Origin: a virus
Reading direction: 5' to 3' (one strand)
DNA length: 64,000 bases
IMG/VR virus record: IMGVR_UViG_3300021437_000010
Span: 13,358 to 77,357 of that record
A program made the position numbers and the translations under genes. Positions 9,247 through 18,513 of the stretch are shown here, one piece after another (the first letter of the stretch is position 1; each line of letters opens with the position of its first letter). The notes under the pieces are model-generated. The model saw only the letters and a program-made list of their open reading frames with translations. It was not told the origin of the DNA and made no database searches.

Positions 9247-10149
9247 TTATGCACTATGTGCGCTTAAATCACTATCAAAAGACTTGAGATATGCTTCTCT
9301 GGCCTCTTGTTCAGTATCGAAGTAACCTATATTAATTGTTTTTCCGTTTACACTCCTAGTGCTATGCCATTTACGTCTTTGTTTATGAAAATAGCACCCT
9401 TTAGCAGTTGCTTTAGCTTGCTCTTTATGGTATTCTCTAAGTTTTGCACGCGTTTCGTCTGTTGTAACTCGTTTACTGTTAGCCTCTGACATTTTACGCT
9501 TGGTTTCTACTGATTTCTCTCTACCTTTATGTGTTTCTGATATCTTGCGTCGAGTCTCTTCAGAGGGGTGTTTACCTTTATGAGATTCTGATATCTTATG
9601 TATCTCTTCTTCAGATGAAAATCTGGCCTTTTGAGCCTCTGACATCTTGTGTCGAGTTCCTTCTGAATGAGTTCTACCACTAAATGGATTATTAGTCCCC
9701 ATTCTATCTTCTGACATTTTACGCCGTGTTTCCTCAGATCTGTTTCTGTTAGCCTCTAATATCCTGTGGCTTGTTTCCTCAGATCTCTTTTTGTTACTCT
9801 CGATTATTCTGCGCTTTGTTTCTTCGGAATGTTTCCGCCCAGTGCAACCTTCACCGCCATCAGTAATGTTGGTAAGATTTCCATAGGCTCTCATTGCGAA
9901 TATTAGAGCAACCTCATAATCAAGGGCTTCTTTATCGGTATCGAAGTGCGACAAGATAGTTTTTTGCACTTTGCCTCCATTACTCTTAATCTTACGTATA
10001 ACACTATATTTGTGAGGATTGCAAGATTTTTGCCCTTGACACGTGTGGCTATGTATACGGTTATTCCTGCCTTTGCCAACGTAAAACACTATGCCGTCAG
10101 GTCTTGAAAGAGTATAAACATAGGGCTTGTTAGCCTCTATTCCTAGCAT
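9247..10149 (-). CDS. GIY-YIG-like homing endonuclease with NUMOD3 repeats and C-terminal AP2-like domain
   Basis: YVY..FYVGKG..R, E..LI and N.TDGGEG; repeated H/RSEET(R/K)RK(I/M)SE; KGCYFHKQRRKW..IGYFDTEQEAREAY. Confidence 0.8.
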   Translation of the reverse strand: MLGIEANKPYVYTLSRPDGIVFYVGKGRNNRIHSHTCQGQKSCNPHKYSVIRKIKSNGGKVQKTILSHFDTDKEALDYEVALIFAMRAYGNLTNITDGGEGCTGRKHSEETKRRIIESNKKRSEETSHRILEANRNRSEETRRKMSEDRMGTNNPFSGRTHSEGTRHKMSEAQKARFSSEEEIHKISESHKGKHPSEETRRKISETHKGREKSVETKRKMSEANSKRVTTDETRAKLREYHKEQAKATAKGCYFHKQRRKWHSTRSVNGKTINIGYFDTEQEAREAYLKSFDSDLSAHSA

Positions 10150-10343
10150 TTCATTCTTCCCCTTTTATCGCTATTCTCTTGTAGGCTCATGGCAAAAGTT
10201 GTAGGGTGGTCATATTTCAATTGATCGGTCTTCGGGTTGACCTTCTTCTCATTTGGAGGATCACCGACGATGTTGCCAATGACCTCCATGCCTCGCATTA
10301 TTAGCTCAAACGCCTGATCTAGGCGCTCGTCTAGTTTTTTCAT
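10143..10343 (-). CDS. hypothetical protein
   Basis: Start at MKKLDERL after a GAAGG-rich RBS. Confidence 0.4.
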   Translation of the reverse strand: MKKLDERLDQAFELIMRGMEVIGNIVGDPPNEKKVNPKTDQLKYDHPTTFAMSLQENSDKRGRMKC

Positions 10344-10550
10344 TTTTCCTTCTCCTTCTCCATTTTCTGGGCTTGATATATCCAAGTGCAAAAGGCAACA
10401 GGAGAAGCGCGTAGAGCACAAGGCCTAGCTGCTGATGGCTCATAAGCCCCTCCCCCTGATTATGCTACCTGTATATGCGCTCCCAATGCCTGTTGGTTGT
10501 CTCATGAACGTACAGACGGCCTTCATCTGTATAAATGTCGGCCTATCGTT

Positions 10551-10605
10551 CATGCTTGCTCTCCTCTGTAAGGGTGTCCGATTGACGGACACCCTGATGA
10601 TGTAC
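10551..10605 (-). repeat. hairpin+RBS cassette, copy 1 (copy 2 at 11123-11178)
   Basis: Near-identical flanks CATG(C/A)TTGCTCTCCTCTGTA and GATGAT(G/C)TACA around a 10-bp stem AGGGTGTCCG/CGGACACCCT. Confidence 0.8.
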
Positions 10606-10607
10606 AT

Positions 10608-10826
10608 TTACGATTGGATAGTCCAGCTCAGATCGTCCTGAGCCTGGTCGTGGCCTAGAGACGTCCACATGAGCGCAATCTCCTCCAACGCCTCGCAGCT
10701 CTCACAAGTGCCGCGTAGACGGCACTTGTCGCAAACGAGATATCCGCATCCCGTGCAAACTTCAATATCATCAATTGGATATTGGTCTAAACACACGTGG
10801 CATGTTCCTATTGGTATGTGTTGCAT
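10608..10826 (-). CDS. small Cys-rich (Zn-finger-like) protein
   Basis: Four CxxC pairs. Confidence 0.5.
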   Translation of the reverse strand: MQHIPIGTCHVCLDQYPIDDIEVCTGCGYLVCDKCRLRGTCESCEALEEIALMWTSLGHDQAQDDLSWTIQS

Positions 10827-10939
10827 GTTATTGCCTTTCTAATAACTGATCTTCTAACTCACGAGCCAGAGCCAAGTGAGGAAGACTTGGCTCTGGCTCG
10901 GCACCTTCGAGAATGCTTATGAGATAATCTCTAAGCATC

Positions 10940-11125
10940 TCAGACATTTCTTCCATCCTCCCGCCTTTTCAATGTGTCTTTCAGCGTATCAAGGATCTCC
11001 TGGCTACATTCTTTGCCAGATTGAGATACAGACGTATTTACGTTGCTCCCCCACTCTTCTATCTTCTGCTGCAATTCCCAATCAGTCAAACCCTTCAAAT
11101 GACCCTGTAGTTCGTGGTCGATCAT
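10940..11125 (-). CDS. hypothetical protein
   Basis: ATG at 11125 after AGAGGAG. Confidence 0.5.
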   Translation of the reverse strand: MIDHELQGHLKGLTDWELQQKIEEWGSNVNTSVSQSGKECSQEILDTLKDTLKRREDGRNV

Positions 11126-11178
11126 GATTGCTCTCCTCTGTAAGGGCATTCGTCAAACGAATGCCCTGATGATCTACA
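11123..11178 (-). repeat. hairpin+RBS cassette, copy 2
   Basis: 10-bp stem AGGGCATTCG/CGAATGCCCT with the same flanks as 10551-10605. Confidence 0.8.
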
Positions 11179-11186
11179 ACTACGCC

Positions 11187-11390
11187 TTATTTGTCGTAAA
11201 CTGACGTGTCTACACCCCAGATGTCCTGTGGAGTGAGATTAGGGCTGCGATCTCTCCAGTATTGCCTGTCTGGGTTCAGCTCATAGGAGAGCTGGCATTG
11301 CTCCGTGTAGAGCTCGTCATTATACGGGGCATCATCGGGGTCGTTAATAGTTCTCAGGTAGTCGTACCGCTCTTGCTTTAGGCTTGCCAT
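11187..11390 (-). CDS. hypothetical protein
   Basis: 67-aa ORF with AAAGGA RBS. Confidence 0.5.
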   Translation of the reverse strand: MASLKQERYDYLRTINDPDDAPYNDELYTEQCQLSYELNPDRQYWRDRSPNLTPQDIWGVDTSVYDK

Positions 11391-11438
11391 GTTTGTTATC
11401 CTTTCTGAAGTTGGGCAGATAAGGCTCTGCCCGTGCCA

Positions 11439-11831
11439 CTATTCACTGCCATTCTCCTCAGAAGGAGAAGATGTCTCATTGGCCTCTGGCAAGCAATCAT
11501 TACAGCGATAAAGATTCTTATCGCTCCAGTTACTAAACTGGACAAAAACAGCATCTTCAGTGCATTCTTCCAAGCAATACATGCACTGTATCTCTTCATT
11601 CATTGTATTTGCCTTTCTTGCATTGAGTTGGGCTGTAAGGCCGCCCGTGCCACTATGAGGAGTGTCACGAGACTCTAACTCTCGTTTCAATTCGTTGATA
11701 GATTTTGTGCAGTTATCGATCCAGCGATATCTGCTTGAGATACTTGTTTGCGCAACTTTCCGCCTCAAATCCGTCCAGACTGAGATCTTTTCTAAAATCT
11801 CATCATCAGTGAAGCCTTGGTATTTCCGCAT
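11439..11831 (-). CDS. hypothetical protein with C-terminal CxxC pairs
   Basis: 130-aa ORF containing CMYC and CNDC. Confidence 0.45.
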   Translation of the reverse strand: MRKYQGFTDDEILEKISVWTDLRRKVAQTSISSRYRWIDNCTKSINELKRELESRDTPHSGTGGLTAQLNARKANTMNEEIQCMYCLEECTEDAVFVQFSNWSDKNLYRCNDCLPEANETSSPSEENGSE

Positions 11832-11877
11832 CTCACTCTTTTTGGGCGCATAGGCTGCGCTCGTGCCACTAAACGCG

Positions 11878-12177
11878 CTACAACTTAATATTTAGTGATC
11901 TAGCACGCATGGACAACTCAGAGAAACTTCCACGTGTTTTGTAATCATCTATCAGCCGGTCATACTCAGCATTCTCTAACTGATAGATGCAGTCAGCCTC
12001 CGCTCTGTCCCTCTCAAACCGTTCGCGGTTATTGGCAGGAGGCTGTGGGTAACTTTTGCGATCAACATCTTCTAGACCCGCAACAAACTCCTTAGACATT
12101 TGGGTCGCAAGATTATATACTGTTGTAGGTGTTACATCATGTAACATAAAACACCTTCTTTCTGCTCTTTCAAGCAC
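11878..12177 (-). CDS. hypothetical protein
   Basis: Co-oriented ORF; probable start MLHDV at 12147 after GAAAGAAGG. Confidence 0.45.
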   Translation of the reverse strand: MLERAERRCFMLHDVTPTTVYNLATQMSKEFVAGLEDVDRKSYPQPPANNRERFERDRAEADCIYQLENAEYDRLIDDYKTRGSFSELSMRARSLNIKL

Positions 12178-12444
12178 TTGTTCCTCCCAACATGGGAGAT
12201 TGGCGGCTATCTCGCTTGAGAGATGCGCGGGCTATTCGTGAAAGGTACCCGTACCGCCTTTGTCATCTTTAGTTGTATTCAAGAGTTCCTTTTGCCGCCT
12301 CAATCGGAACGTACCCGATTGCCCATTACTGGAGTGTAGCCGTTTAACATCTCTTGACGTTAGAGTTACATTAGTATCAGCAGTCATCTGCTGTACGAGC
12401 GGCTCAGGCCTTGAACCTGGTCTTGCGCCATTCCGCCCTGTGGA

Positions 12445-12645
12445 CTATGCCGTTGCTACCCATCCTCTTGGTGATATTTCGACATCTCCACTCATTTTCA
12501 GACTGCCAAGTGCTATCTCAACTTCATCCTGAGTCAGAACGCATTTGTTTTTGATATCCTCTGAAAACGAAAGCTTTCCTTTTTCTTGGAGATACATGAT
12601 GACCTCCAAGACGGTTGTCTCATCGTCTGTTATTTGCCTTGTCAT
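12445..12645 (-). CDS. small winged-helix-like protein
   Basis: wHTH-like pattern LTQDEVEIALGSLKMSGDVEISPRGW. Confidence 0.5.
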   Translation of the reverse strand: MTRQITDDETTVLEVIMYLQEKGKLSFSEDIKNKCVLTQDEVEIALGSLKMSGDVEISPRGWVATA

Positions 12646-12662
12646 GCTTTAACTCCTGTGTA

Positions 12663-12700
12663 AACAAAAAGAGCCAGAAACCATTTACGGCTCTGGCTCT
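12663..12700 (-). terminator. rho-independent terminator
   Basis: Minus strand GAGCCAGAGCC-GTAAAT-GGTTTCTGGCTC followed by TTTTTGTTT. Confidence 0.65.
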
Positions 12701-12903
12701 TGGCTCTGGCTCTTGGAACTCTTTGTGCTATGCCTTTGCAGGCTTTCTAACAGTTTGCTGGTCTTGCGTCTCATCCATCATACGCAAGACTTCTCGTCTT
12801 GTGAACGCATGCGCTATACAGCAGCGCTTACACCACAGATACAGCTTTCCGTCTTTAACGTGTGCAAGGGGCTTTTGTGAGCTTGCGCACCTAATTTCTT
12901 CAT

Positions 12904-13134
12904 TCATGCTGCGTGACCTGCAATATACGCGGCAATCTCTTCGCCATCATCGTCTTGCAGCACGGTTACTTCGCTGGCCTCGATCCATTGACCATTGCGC
13001 AATTCATACCAGTCATAATACACATTTTGACGGTCGAGTTTCTTGATTAGAGGATAAGCCTCCTCAAAACTTGCAAATTCTTTGTTCTGCATGACACAAT
13101 TGCTGTCACGATACGCTACTGCCTGTCTTGCCAT
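12904..13134 (-). CDS. hypothetical protein
   Basis: Start MARQAV after GAGGAG. Confidence 0.5.
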   Translation of the reverse strand: MARQAVAYRDSNCVMQNKEFASFEEAYPLIKKLDRQNVYYDWYELRNGQWIEASEVTVLQDDDGEEIAAYIAGHAA

Positions 13135-13154
13135 TGTTTTGCTCCTCATGATAA

Positions 13155-13367
13155 CTATGCACAACGGTGTTCATTGTACCCGTAGGCACTAACCATTTCT
13201 CCACACATTGGACACTTTACAGCTACGATACTACGCCTTTCAACTTCAATAGCCTGCGCTAGACTCTCGTAGAGTCTTTTGGCTACGGGACTCACATCAT
13301 CCCACTGTTTCGCGTGGGGATGACTCGTTGCCCACTGCTCATGTACGTTCTGTCCTGTAATCATCAT
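13155..13367 (-). CDS. hypothetical protein with C-terminal Zn-ribbon
   Basis: CPMC...HRC; AGAGGA RBS. Confidence 0.5.
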   Translation of the reverse strand: MMITGQNVHEQWATSHPHAKQWDDVSPVAKRLYESLAQAIEVERRSIVAVKCPMCGEMVSAYGYNEHRCA

Positions 13368-13373
13368 ATCCTC

Positions 13374-13568
13374 CTATTCGTATATGCCAAACACACTACA
13401 ATACTGCTCACGTAGTTCCGCCTCGGTCATCTCAGCTTCGGATGTCAACTCAACCCATTGATGGACACCGTTGAGCTTACGGATCACGCGGATTGGCATT
13501 GGAGCCTGGTCCTGCTCTTCGACGACTTCCAGGGTTGCTGTTTGTGTTAACATAGTAATGTCCTCCAA
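13374..13568 (-). CDS. hypothetical protein
   Basis: 64-aa ORF, first gene of the leftward operon. Confidence 0.45.
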   Translation of the reverse strand: MEDITMLTQTATLEVVEEQDQAPMPIRVIRKLNGVHQWVELTSEAEMTEAELREQYCSVFGIYE

Positions 13569-13663
13569 TGGACTAGGAACCTCTACGGTTCTGAAACTGG
13601 GCCCTGCTTGCTGGTAAGTTTTCCCGACCTGTTCAGCAAACGGGGCTCTTCTTTTTTAACTTG

Positions 13664-13897
13664 CTACGAAATCTTCAGCTCTAGATCGTTCAGTGTCAAC
13701 TCTGGTTTTTGCTTCTCTTGAAGGAAAGAGTTGATGGCACCCAGAATCTGAAGCGCTGATCGCTTTCTGAGTGATTGTCCTCTCTCCGCATTTTTTACGG
13801 TGCCAACCGACACATCACACCTTCTCACGATATCTTCTCTTGTGATATCAAGTGCTTCGCGTAAATTGCAGAGTGCAGACTCTATTCTCTCCTGCAT
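13664..13897 (-). CDS. XRE/Cro-like HTH regulator
   Basis: HTH pattern LREALDITREDIVRRCDVSVGTVKNAERG; AGGAGG RBS. Confidence 0.75.
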   Translation of the reverse strand: MQERIESALCNLREALDITREDIVRRCDVSVGTVKNAERGQSLRKRSALQILGAINSFLQEKQKPELTLNDLELKIS

Positions 13898-14111
13898 AAT
13901 TCCTCCTTTCTTCAAGAGTCTATTTGCTAGTAAATGGCTTCACTTGCTAGCAACTTAACTTCTGAGAGAATTATACCTGACCAGAATTAGCTTGTCAATA
14001 CTTTTTTGAGCCAATTTTGTAATTAGCCAGAAATTGGTGTAAACTAATTTGCAAACCTATAGACATTCATGGTATACTACGAAAAATCCATAGTTACTCA
14101 GGAGGACAAAG

Positions 14112-14945
14112 ATGATACGCCGTAGAGGACCCAAATCAAAGCAGACGCCACCAGGCTATGTACGCTTTGCTGAAGCTGCAAAACTATTCGAGCCGTTCAC
14201 TAAGAACACTTTCAACTATCGTGTAAGGACAGGGGATATCACTGTTTCAGAGGACGAGGGTGGAAAGATGTATGAGATAGCTAGCATTGTTGCAACAAAA
14301 AGAAGCCTTCTACATGAAGAAGCAGAAAAGAAAGCTGCACTATCGAAGCACTATATTAGGTGGACAACCCCAAATGATGTAATTGCTTCCATGATACTAG
14401 ACCGAGAAATTTACCATGAGGAGTACCTAGCCGACACAGAGCACTACAGAGAGCGAAAGTCAAAGAACCCATACACATCAATAGCCGTTTTTGATAGTGA
14501 AAAGGAGGACACAATGTACGCCTACATTAGCCTCCTACCTCTGCCAGAAGCAACCATCATGGATATTCTCCTTGGCAAACGAGATGAGACTGAGATCACA
14601 TCCAAGGATATCCTGACCTACGATGAGCCTGGAGAGTATATGCTACTCGCTAGCAGTGCAGCACAACACCCAAGTTACAAAAATCTGCTCATAGGACTCA
14701 TCCGTGCATATACGGAATTCTGGGTTGGCCTCTATCCTGAAAAACGGATCAAACGCATTTACGCTCAAACGGTCTCTGATGATGGAAGGAGAATGGTCAG
14801 CCAGCTACGTATGTCAGGGATGTACACGGTGTCCAATGGAAGCTTAGAGCGTATCAAGGATGCCTACGTACTGGAAATGGATGAGCCAGCAGTGTCAAGA
14901 GTTATCAAGGACTTTCAAGAGAGATTAAAAGAGCAAAGCGCATAG
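14112..14945 (+). CDS. HTH regulator with C-terminal GNAT-like domain
   Basis: N-terminal YVRFAEAAKLF HTH-like segment; C-terminal YAYISLLP and IKRIYAQTVSDDGRRM resemble an acetyltransferase fold; divergent from the XRE gene. Confidence 0.55.
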   Translation: MIRRRGPKSKQTPPGYVRFAEAAKLFEPFTKNTFNYRVRTGDITVSEDEGGKMYEIASIVATKRSLLHEEAEKKAALSKHYIRWTTPNDVIASMILDREIYHEEYLADTEHYRERKSKNPYTSIAVFDSEKEDTMYAYISLLPLPEATIMDILLGKRDETEITSKDILTYDEPGEYMLLASSAAQHPSYKNLLIGLIRAYTEFWVGLYPEKRIKRIYAQTVSDDGRRMVSQLRMSGMYTVSNGSLERIKDAYVLEMDEPAVSRVIKDFQERLKEQSA

Positions 14946-15172
14946 ACGAAACGCACCAATTTAAACGTTGAAGAGTCTTTTCAGACCGTGATACACGCGG
15001 AAAGGCAAAGCAGTGAGCAAACCAGACACCTGACGGGCCAAGACGTCGAAGGGATTTACGACAAACAAAAAAGCTACTAGCAACTCATTCTTGGCAGGTT
15101 GATTGCTAAATAGCTTTCCAGTTGAAACCTTGGAGGTTTCAAAAATCATCAGATATAAGGATTGTACCACTT

Positions 15173-16501
15173 ATGACAAACATTACGCAAGAAACCACCT
15201 ACAACAATACCATCGAACATGCAATACAGTGGGCACTAGAAGACATCCTTGATCGTAAGCAGCGACCCTCTCAAGAAGATTTAGCTATGCTTGAGCCAGG
15301 AAGTGAGGCAGAGGCAATCATCTCATCACTGATTAGCGTGCTGCGCGACAGTGATGAGAACGGCATCAAACATGCATTTGTGGGACTCAGCAAGAAGCAT
15401 CCATGGCTAGGAGAGCTGAAAAGCAAACCAGTTCCACCACGACCTGGAACTGAGGATGAGCAAAAGACAGAGCGAAAACCACAGAGGCGTATTCGATTTG
15501 TCGATGATGATGCAATCGAGAATATGCCTGCACGCGAATGGCTTGTTTCTGGCATCCTCCCCGAAAAAGGCATAGCGATGCTATACGGTCCGCCAGGAAC
15601 ATATAAATCCTTTCTAGCTATTGATTGGGCATTATGCATAGGCTATGGCTATGGATGGCTAGGAAGAGCGGTAAAGCAGGGAGGCGTTGCCTATATTGCA
15701 GGTGAGGGTTCGTTCGGGCTAGGTCCTCGTGTCAAGGCATGGAAAGGACACCATCACAAGCAAGGCAATAGTGGTGTGAAGTGGTATGGTCAGCCGATAG
15801 CGTTAACCGACCCAGCGAGTGTGCTGGAATTAGTGGCTGCACTAGAAGAAGATTTTGCAGAAAATCTTAAGCTGCTCATTATTGATACACTCAGCAGAAA
15901 TAGTGGAGGAGCAGATGAAAACAGCAATACTGAGATGGCGAAAATCATTGCTGCTGCCGACATGCTACAAGAAAAGTTTGGATGTGCTGTCCTTGTTGTA
16001 CATCATGTGGGCAAAGACAAGCAGAAAGGCCCTAGAGGAGCATCATCCCTTGTAGGCAACATGGAAACCATCATTAGCACCGACCTTTACTCTGATGCTG
16101 TGCAGGGCATCAAGATTGAGTGCTTCAAGCAAAAAGATGCTGAGCAGTTTGACCCCATCCATCTATCCCTCCATAAAGTCGTCTATGGCAAGACTCCAGA
16201 TGAGTCATCAATTGTTCTTGTCCACTCAGAGCCACCACTTGAGGATGAAGAAGACACAATATCCTCAAAGAAGTCGGTACAAGCGATGTACGAAGTATTG
16301 ATAGGTAAAGAGCTAACGATGACTGAGTGGGTGGCATTAGGAGCAACGGTAAATGTTAGTGAGAGATCTGCCAAGAGAGCGCGTAAAGAGTTATACGACT
16401 CAAAAAGAGTTCATTACAAAACAGATAGCAAGCGCTATTATGTTCCAACTAGCAGCAATAGTACAGATAGCACAGCAATAAGGGGTGATGATGATGAATA
16501 A
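15173..16501 (+). CDS. AAA_25 / RSF1010 RepA-like helicase
   Basis: Walker A GPPGTYKS, YIAGEG, LLIIDTLSR, VLVVHHVGK and PRGASSL. Confidence 0.85.
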   Translation: MTNITQETTYNNTIEHAIQWALEDILDRKQRPSQEDLAMLEPGSEAEAIISSLISVLRDSDENGIKHAFVGLSKKHPWLGELKSKPVPPRPGTEDEQKTERKPQRRIRFVDDDAIENMPAREWLVSGILPEKGIAMLYGPPGTYKSFLAIDWALCIGYGYGWLGRAVKQGGVAYIAGEGSFGLGPRVKAWKGHHHKQGNSGVKWYGQPIALTDPASVLELVAALEEDFAENLKLLIIDTLSRNSGGADENSNTEMAKIIAAADMLQEKFGCAVLVVHHVGKDKQKGPRGASSLVGNMETIISTDLYSDAVQGIKIECFKQKDAEQFDPIHLSLHKVVYGKTPDESSIVLVHSEPPLEDEEDTISSKKSVQAMYEVLIGKELTMTEWVALGATVNVSERSAKRARKELYDSKRVHYKTDSKRYYVPTSSNSTDSTAIRGDDDE

Positions 16502-16510
16502 AAGTAATAT

Positions 16511-16636
16511 TTGGTGCCAATCAGTGCCAAATCAGTGCCATGGCACCAGTGGCACTTGCCAAATAAAAGGTGCCAAGGTGCCACCACCCTATAGGGTGGC
16601 ACCAATGGCACCAAATGGCCCGCTTTTAAATGGCAC
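16511..16636. repeat. iteron-like GTGCCA/TGGCAC array with central palindrome (candidate origin 1)
   Basis: About ten GTGCCA/TGGCAC hexamers in both orientations plus the perfect palindrome CCACCCTATAGGGTGG (16584-16599), between helicase and primase. Confidence 0.7.
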
Positions 16637-16668
16637 AAATTTGTCTGATGAGAGAAAGGAAACTAACA

Positions 16669-18021
16669 ATGACCTTTGACCTACTTGCTGAGATGGAACG
16701 TGATGGTTTTAGTTCGTCTCGTAAGTCTACAAGCAGAAGTGGACAGATAAACGGTAACTGCATATTCGGCTGTGGTGGCCTTGGGAACGATAGGTTAAGA
16801 GTACAACCTAACTATGGTGAATATGGATGGTTCATCTGTGAACACTGCAATACAAAAGGGACAAGCATAGACTACCTCATGATAAAGAGAGGCAAGAGCA
16901 AGAATGAAGCACTTGCCGAGGTTGGATGGAAGCCAAGAGATGGGAGCGAGCCCAAATTGCTTGTCCCTAAGAGCATGTTGGAAGTTGTGCCTACGCACAA
17001 TCCACCGTCTGTAGCTTGGCAAGGAAGCGCTAGGGCATTTACTCAGTACTGTGAAGGTGTTCTGTGGGGTGAGCTAGGACAGGCGGCTCTAGCCTATCTA
17101 CGTGGCCGAGGGTTAAAGGATGAGACGATTAAGACAGCACGTCTTGGCTACAATCCTGTTGAGATGAGGCAGACGGATACCAAGTGGAGACGTGAGAAGC
17201 ATGGTAGACTCTGGCAAGGGATCGTCATTCCCTGGCTTATCGGAGAGGACTTGTGGCGTATCACTATTCGCGATGAGAAGGCCGTGAAACCTGATCCTCG
17301 CTATAAACAAGTCGCTGGCGGATCTAATGGATTATATCTAGCTGATTCGCTCACCTATCATCGGCCTGTTATTCTAGTGGAAGGAGAGTTTAGTGCACTA
17401 TCCGTTGCTCAGGAGTGTGGTCAATATGTAGCAGTATGTGCAACAGGCTCAACTGGCGGTGCGCACTCTGATCGGTGGCTAATCAGGCTAGCTGCTCAGG
17501 AATTGGTCCTTGTCGCCTTTGATGCAGAGGAGAGCGGAGACCTGGCCTCCAAGTGGTGGCTAGATCTACAGAATGCACAGCGACTACGCCCATTCTGGGA
17601 AGATCCAAACCAGATGCTTCAAGATGGTGTAGACCTGTGGGCAGATTGGATTAGCCCACGCCTTCAATCTATCCTTGCCGAGAAAGAGAAGATGCTATCA
17701 GAGGTGCTTACTGAGTCATCCGACCAGCTTCCTGAGAGCTGTGAAGACTGTCATACTGCGATGGGGGCCGATGACAGAAGCTTCTTTTACTGGGGACAGG
17801 ACGCAATTCACTGCTACTGCAACATTTGCCGCGACGAGCAAACAGGCCTCCCACTTGAGAAACCGCAAGCCACCTATGAGCCAATTCAAAGTAACATCAT
17901 CCCAGGCTGTACATTTGGCCCGATTGGTACTATCCAAGAACGAGCAGAAGAGCTAAGAGCAGAAGGTAAACAGAAGTGGCTACAAGGCTATGTCAAGCAG
18001 AATAGCGCTACTCAGCACTGA
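16669..18021 (+). CDS. DnaG-like DNA primase (Zn-binding + TOPRIM)
   Basis: N-terminal C..C/CEHC, YLRGRGL, LGYNP, VILVEGEFSAL, LVAFDAEESG; extra C-terminal Cys cluster. Confidence 0.8.
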   Translation: MTFDLLAEMERDGFSSSRKSTSRSGQINGNCIFGCGGLGNDRLRVQPNYGEYGWFICEHCNTKGTSIDYLMIKRGKSKNEALAEVGWKPRDGSEPKLLVPKSMLEVVPTHNPPSVAWQGSARAFTQYCEGVLWGELGQAALAYLRGRGLKDETIKTARLGYNPVEMRQTDTKWRREKHGRLWQGIVIPWLIGEDLWRITIRDEKAVKPDPRYKQVAGGSNGLYLADSLTYHRPVILVEGEFSALSVAQECGQYVAVCATGSTGGAHSDRWLIRLAAQELVLVAFDAEESGDLASKWWLDLQNAQRLRPFWEDPNQMLQDGVDLWADWISPRLQSILAEKEKMLSEVLTESSDQLPESCEDCHTAMGADDRSFFYWGQDAIHCYCNICRDEQTGLPLEKPQATYEPIQSNIIPGCTFGPIGTIQERAEELRAEGKQKWLQGYVKQNSATQH

Positions 18022-18111
18022 GAAGTCTGGTAGTGGCTCTTGATCGATGTTTGGCAGTGTAGTACGGCAGATAGGACAGAGAGCGCCAACCCTCTGTCCA
18101 TCGCTGCATTT

Positions 18112-18513
18112 TTAATCCTTATTGGGAGGAAGTGCTACTACTGGACCGGTGTCGCGTTCATCATCTCCGTTTTTTAATTGCAGAGGTTTCACAGCTTCAA
18201 TACTGTACAATTCTTTGCTGCGCAAAATAATTTCAATTTTTCGCTTACGTTGATCTAATCTTACTTGCTCTTTGTTTATTTCTATGTATTCTTCTACGAT
18301 CAGATTGATAACAGTCTGATCTATGTTACGTTTCTGCTCTATTGCGTCCAACTTGTTTAGAATTGCATCAGTATCCTCTTTCCTGCTCCTTACTACAAGA
18401 TTTGAGACTGAATTTACTATCCTCTCACCTAACCTCTCAAAATAATTTGTACTGGCTGTTGGACGTTTTAAAGGTTGGCCATTGTCTTTCATCGGCTCAG
18501 GGAGAAAATCCAT
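18112..18513 (-). CDS. hypothetical coiled-coil protein
   Basis: 133-aa ORF. Confidence 0.45.
   Translation of the reverse strand: MDFLPEPMKDNGQPLKRPTASTNYFERLGERIVNSVSNLVVRSRKEDTDAILNKLDAIEQKRNIDQTVINLIVEEYIEINKEQVRLDQRKRKIEIILRSKELYSIEAVKPLQLKNGDDERDTGPVVALPPNKD

Noticed and set aside
12395-12455. tRNA-like T-arm on the minus strand (CCAGG-TTCAAGG-CCTG) with a partial acceptor stem
   Set aside because: About 14 nt too short, no foldable anticodon arm, no CCA, and the 5' part overlaps a coding stop; not a supportable tRNA
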